Assembly (NCBI GenBank): GCA_950097015.1
Contig: CATNEN010000037.1
Location: 4,340,001 to 4,404,000, forward strand
Reading direction: 5' to 3'
Length of the DNA stretch: 64,000 nt
Source of the DNA: Macrostomum hystrix
Taxonomy: Eukaryota; Animalia; Platyhelminthes
Position numbers and translations under genes: made by a program. Below the pieces are notes generated by a model. It made no database searches and was not told the origin of the DNA. It saw only the letters and a program-made list of their open reading frames with translations. Position 1 is the first letter of the stretch. Each line of letters starts with the position of its first letter. This document shows positions 60,217-64,000 of this stretch, piece after piece.

Positions 60217-63142
60217 GGGACAAGCCTAATGAATATCTGAACTGTGCTGGGAACAAGCCTAATGAATATCTGAACTGTGCTGGGAACAAGCCTAATGAAT
60301 ATCTGAACTGTGCTGGGAACAAGCCTAATGAATATCTGAACTGTGCTGGGAACAAGCCTACCTGAATATCTGAACTGTGCTGGGAACAAGCCTACCTGAA
60401 TATCTAACTGTGCTGGGAACAAGTCTACCCGAATATCTGAACTGTGCTGGGAACAAGCCTAATGAATATCTGAACTGTGCTGGGAACAAACCTACCTGAA
60501 TATCTGAACTGTGCTGGGAACAAGCCTAATGAATATCTGAACTGTGCTGGGAACAAGCCTAATGAATATCTGAACTGTGCTGGGAACAAGCCTAATGAAT
60601 ATCTGAACTGTGCTGGGAACAAGCCTAATGAATATCTGAACTGTGCTGGGAACAAGCCTAATGAATATCTGAACTGTGCTGGGAACAAGCCTAATGAATA
60701 TCTGAACTGTGCTGGGAACAAGCCTAATGAATATCTGAACTGTGCTGGGAACAAGCGTAATGAATATCTGAACTGTGCTGGGAACAAACCTACCTGAATA
60801 TCTGAACTGTGCTGGGAACAAGCCTAATGAATATCTGAACTGTGCTGGGAACAAGCCTACCTGAATATCTGAACTGTGCTGGGAACAAGCCTATCTGAAT
60901 ATCTGAACTGTGCTGGGAACAAGCCTAATGAATATCTGAACTGTGCTGGGAACAAGCCTACCTGAATATCTGAACTGTGCTGGGAACAAGCCTAATGAAT
61001 ATCTGAACTGTGCTGGGAACAAGCCTAATGAATATCTGAACTGTGCTGGGAACAAGCCTAATGAATATCTGAACTGTGCTGGGAACAAGCCTAATGAATA
61101 TCTGAACTGTGCTGGGAACAAGCCTAATGAATATCTGAACTGTGCTGGGAACAAGCGTAATGAATATCTGAACTGTGCTGGGAACAAACCTACCTGAATA
61201 TCTGAACTGTGCTGGGAACAAGCCTAATGAATATCTGAACTGTGCTGGGAACAAGCCTACCTGAATATCTGAACTGTGCTGGGAACAAGCCTATCTGAAT
61301 ATCTGAACTGTGCTGGGAACAAGCCTAATGAATATCTGAACTGTGCTGGGAACAAGCCTAATGAATATCTGAACTGTGCTGGGAACAAGCCTAATGAATA
61401 TCTGAACTGTGCTGGGAACAAGCCTAATGAATATCTGAACTGTGCTGGGAACAAGCCTAATGAATATCTGAACTGTGCTGGGAACAAGCCTAATGAATAT
61501 CTGAACTGTGCTGGGAACAAGCCTAATGAATATCTGAACTGTGCTGGGAACAAGCCTAATGAATATCTGAACTGTGCTGGGAACAAGCCTAATGAATATC
61601 TGAACTGTGCTGGGAACAAGCCTAATGAATATCTGAACTGTGCTGGGAACAAGCCTACCTGAATATCTGAACTGTGCTGGGAACAAGCCTAATGAATATC
61701 TGAACTGTGCTGGGAACAAGCCTAATGAATATCTGAACTGTGCTGGGAACAAGCCTACCTGAATATCTGAACTGTGCTGGGAACAAGCGTAATGAATATC
61801 TGAACTGTGCTGGGAACAAACCTAATGAATATCTGAACTGTGCTGGGAACAAGCCTAATGAATATCTGAACTGTGCTGGGAACAAGCCTAATGAATATCT
61901 GAACTGTGCTGGGAACAGGACTACCTGAATATCTAACTGTGCTGGGAACAAGCCTATCTGAATATCTGAACTGTGCTGGGAACAAGCCTACCTGAATATC
62001 TGAACTGTGCTGGGAACAAGCCTACCTGAATATCTGAACTGTGCTGGGAACAAGCCTACCTGAATATCTGAACTGTGCTGGGAACAAGCCTAATGAATAT
62101 CTGAACTGTGCTGGGAACAAGCCTAATGAATATCTGAACTGTGCTGGGAACAAGCCTATCTGAATATCTGAACTGTGCTGGGAACAAGCCTATCTGAATA
62201 TCTGAACTGTGCTGGGAACAAGCCTAATGAATATCTGAACTGTGCTGGGAACAAGCCTAATGAATATCTGAACTGTGCTGGGAACAAGCCTAATGAATAT
62301 CTGAACTGTGCTGGGAACAAGCCTAATGAATATCTGAACTGTGCTGGGAACAAGCCTAATGAATATCTGAACTGTGCTGGGAACAAGCCTACCTGAATAT
62401 CTGAACTGTGCTGGGAACAAGCCTAATGAATATCTGAACTGTGCTGGGAACAAGCCTACCTGAATATCTGAACTGTGCTGGGAACAGGACTACCTGAATA
62501 TCTAACTGTGTTGGGAACAAACCTACCTGAATATCTGAACTGTGCTGGGAACAAGTCTACCCGAATATCTGAACTGTGCTGGGAACAAGCCTAATGAATA
62601 TCTGAACTGTGCTGGGAACAAACCTACCTGAATATCTGAACTGTGCTGGGAACAAGCCTAATGAATATCTGAACTGTGCTGGGAACAAGCCTACCTGAAT
62701 ATCTGAACTGTGCTGGGAACAAGCCTAATGAATATCTGAACTGTGCTGGGAACAAGCCTAATGAATATCTGAACTGTGCTGGGAACAAGCCTAATGAATA
62801 TCTGAACTGTGCTGGGAACAAACCTACCTGAATATCTGAACTGTGCTGGGAACAAGCCTAATGAATATCTGAACTGTGCTGGGAACAAGCCTACCTGAAT
62901 ATCTGAACTGTGCTGGGAACAAGCCTAATGAATATCTGAACTGTGCTGGGAACAAGCCTAATGAATATCTGAACTGTGCTGGGAAGAAGCCTAATGAATA
63001 TCTGAACTGTGCTGGGAACAAGCCTACCTGAATATCTGAACTGTGCTGGGAACAAGCCTACCTGAATATCTGAACTGTGCTGGGAACAAGCCTAATGAAT
63101 ATCTGAACTGTGCTGGGAACAAGCCTACCTGAATATCTGAAC
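60217..63142. repeat. 33-bp satellite (gaatatctgaactgtgctgggaacaagcctaat, with a ...cctacct variant), ~88 copies
   Basis: Tandem periodicity over 2.9 kb with block-duplicated variants. Confidence 0.98.
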
Positions 63143-63535
63143 ACCAGCTTACGAACTCTAAGCTAATCTACGTAGATTTCTCAAAAATCGCAAACAAAAA
63201 ATGTTCTCGTAATTTTCGTTACCTGACTAAGTTCTCAGAAGAAAAAACAAAGACTACTAGAATAAGTATTTCAAATCTAGATTTTATTATGTTGCAGTCA
63301 GTATAAACAAAATTATGGTTGCCCGCGACTGGGACAGGTGTGTGAGGGAGAAAAATTGAAACAGAAACAAAAAACGCCTGAGAGAAGCGACAGCACTTGG
63401 CATTGCAAATTTCTAAGCATTATAATAGATTTCTGACGTGCCAAAGTTTGAATAGAGAAGAATTGTCGGAACTGCCACCAGTACACAGGCTGAGTACGCA
63501 GAATAGAATAATGACATTAAAGGTGAGTCATCAAG

Positions 63536-64000
63536 CTACGAGTAGGTGAGAATCTCCTGGCTGCCCTGGGAGCCATTGGACGCGCTGCTAGACAAGGACT
63601 TCATGCTGCCACCGCTGGCGGCGCAAGCGTCCAGATTCTCCAGGGAGCGCGACCGGCTACTTTCCGATACGACGGCTGCGGCGGCCGCGGCAGCAGCAGC
63701 AGCAGCCGCAGCAGCGGCCACGGCAACGGTTGCCGCCAGATGATTGCGATCACGATGACCGGACTCTTCGTCTAGAAGGTGATTCTCTGATTGGCTTTTC
63801 CTAACCGCGGCTGCGGAGTCGGTTGCCGACAGAACAACACTGCGAGGCCTGCTAGCTGAAGTTGTCGTTGAAGATGTCGATGATGAAGAACAAGACTGCT
63901 GGCCGCCAAAACGACGGCTCGTAGTGCGCAGTGGCGGCGGCGGAGGCGGCGGAGGCAGCGAAGCAGCAGCGGAGCGGCAGGGCGTGACGGCCACCTGCTC
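63536..64000 (-). CDS. Low-complexity Ser/Ala/Pro-rich coding exon of an unidentified gene entering from beyond the window
   Basis: GC-rich open frame with poly-Pro, poly-Ala, KSQSENHL and RSRSLENL, similar in composition to other exons here; no recognisable domain. Confidence 0.55.
   Translation of the reverse strand, partial: EQVAVTPCRSAAASLPPPPPPPPLRTTSRRFGGQQSCSSSSTSSTTTSASRPRSVVLSATDSAAAVRKSQSENHLLDEESGHRDRNHLAATVAVAAAAAAAAAAAAAAAVVSESSRSRSLENLDACAASGGSMKSLSSSASNGSQGSQEILTYS

Noticed and set aside
8003-63021. Dozens of long repetitive ORFs (e.g. MDILWIAANL-, MVNCRIR-, DTDVQKDLG-, FPAQFRYSLGL- repeats; 36401-37454)
   Set aside because: These are translations of minisatellites lying in introns or intergenic DNA. 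They are open in several frames and both strands, and lack splice support.
8024-63142. CRISPR-like appearance of 24-50-bp repeats
   Set aside because: Units are head-to-tail with no unique spacers, there are no cas genes, and the context is eukaryotic.

Overview
Eukaryotic (metazoan) genomic DNA with GC-rich exons, GT-AG introns and AT-rich spacers. The style (many large 20-50 bp minisatellite arrays) suggests the flatworm Macrostomum lignano, but that is an inference. Reconstructed genes: SLC25A39/40 (3' part), tRNA-His(GUG), MBTPS2 (site-2 protease), a CYP2-clan P450, an atypical 6-exon TRPA-like channel, NTAQ1, MIIP-like, PSMD11, a Sam68/KHDRBS-like STAR protein (one apparent frameshift), a tandem-C2 synaptotagmin-like gene, and an unassigned low-complexity exon at the right edge. 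Mobile DNA: an intact DD34D mariner with unusually long (~200 bp) TIRs, mariner- and hAT-type MITEs (one nested in another), and two tRNA-derived SINE families with readable TSDs. Roughly a quarter of the window is tandem repeat. The most striking pattern is that largely locus-specific minisatellites begin within tens of bases of 5' splice sites or stop codons. They often start with a degenerate copy of the local sequence, sometimes contain the splice junction or stop codon itself, and usually carry an internal hairpin. Exon boundaries and copy numbers were read by eye and are approximate.
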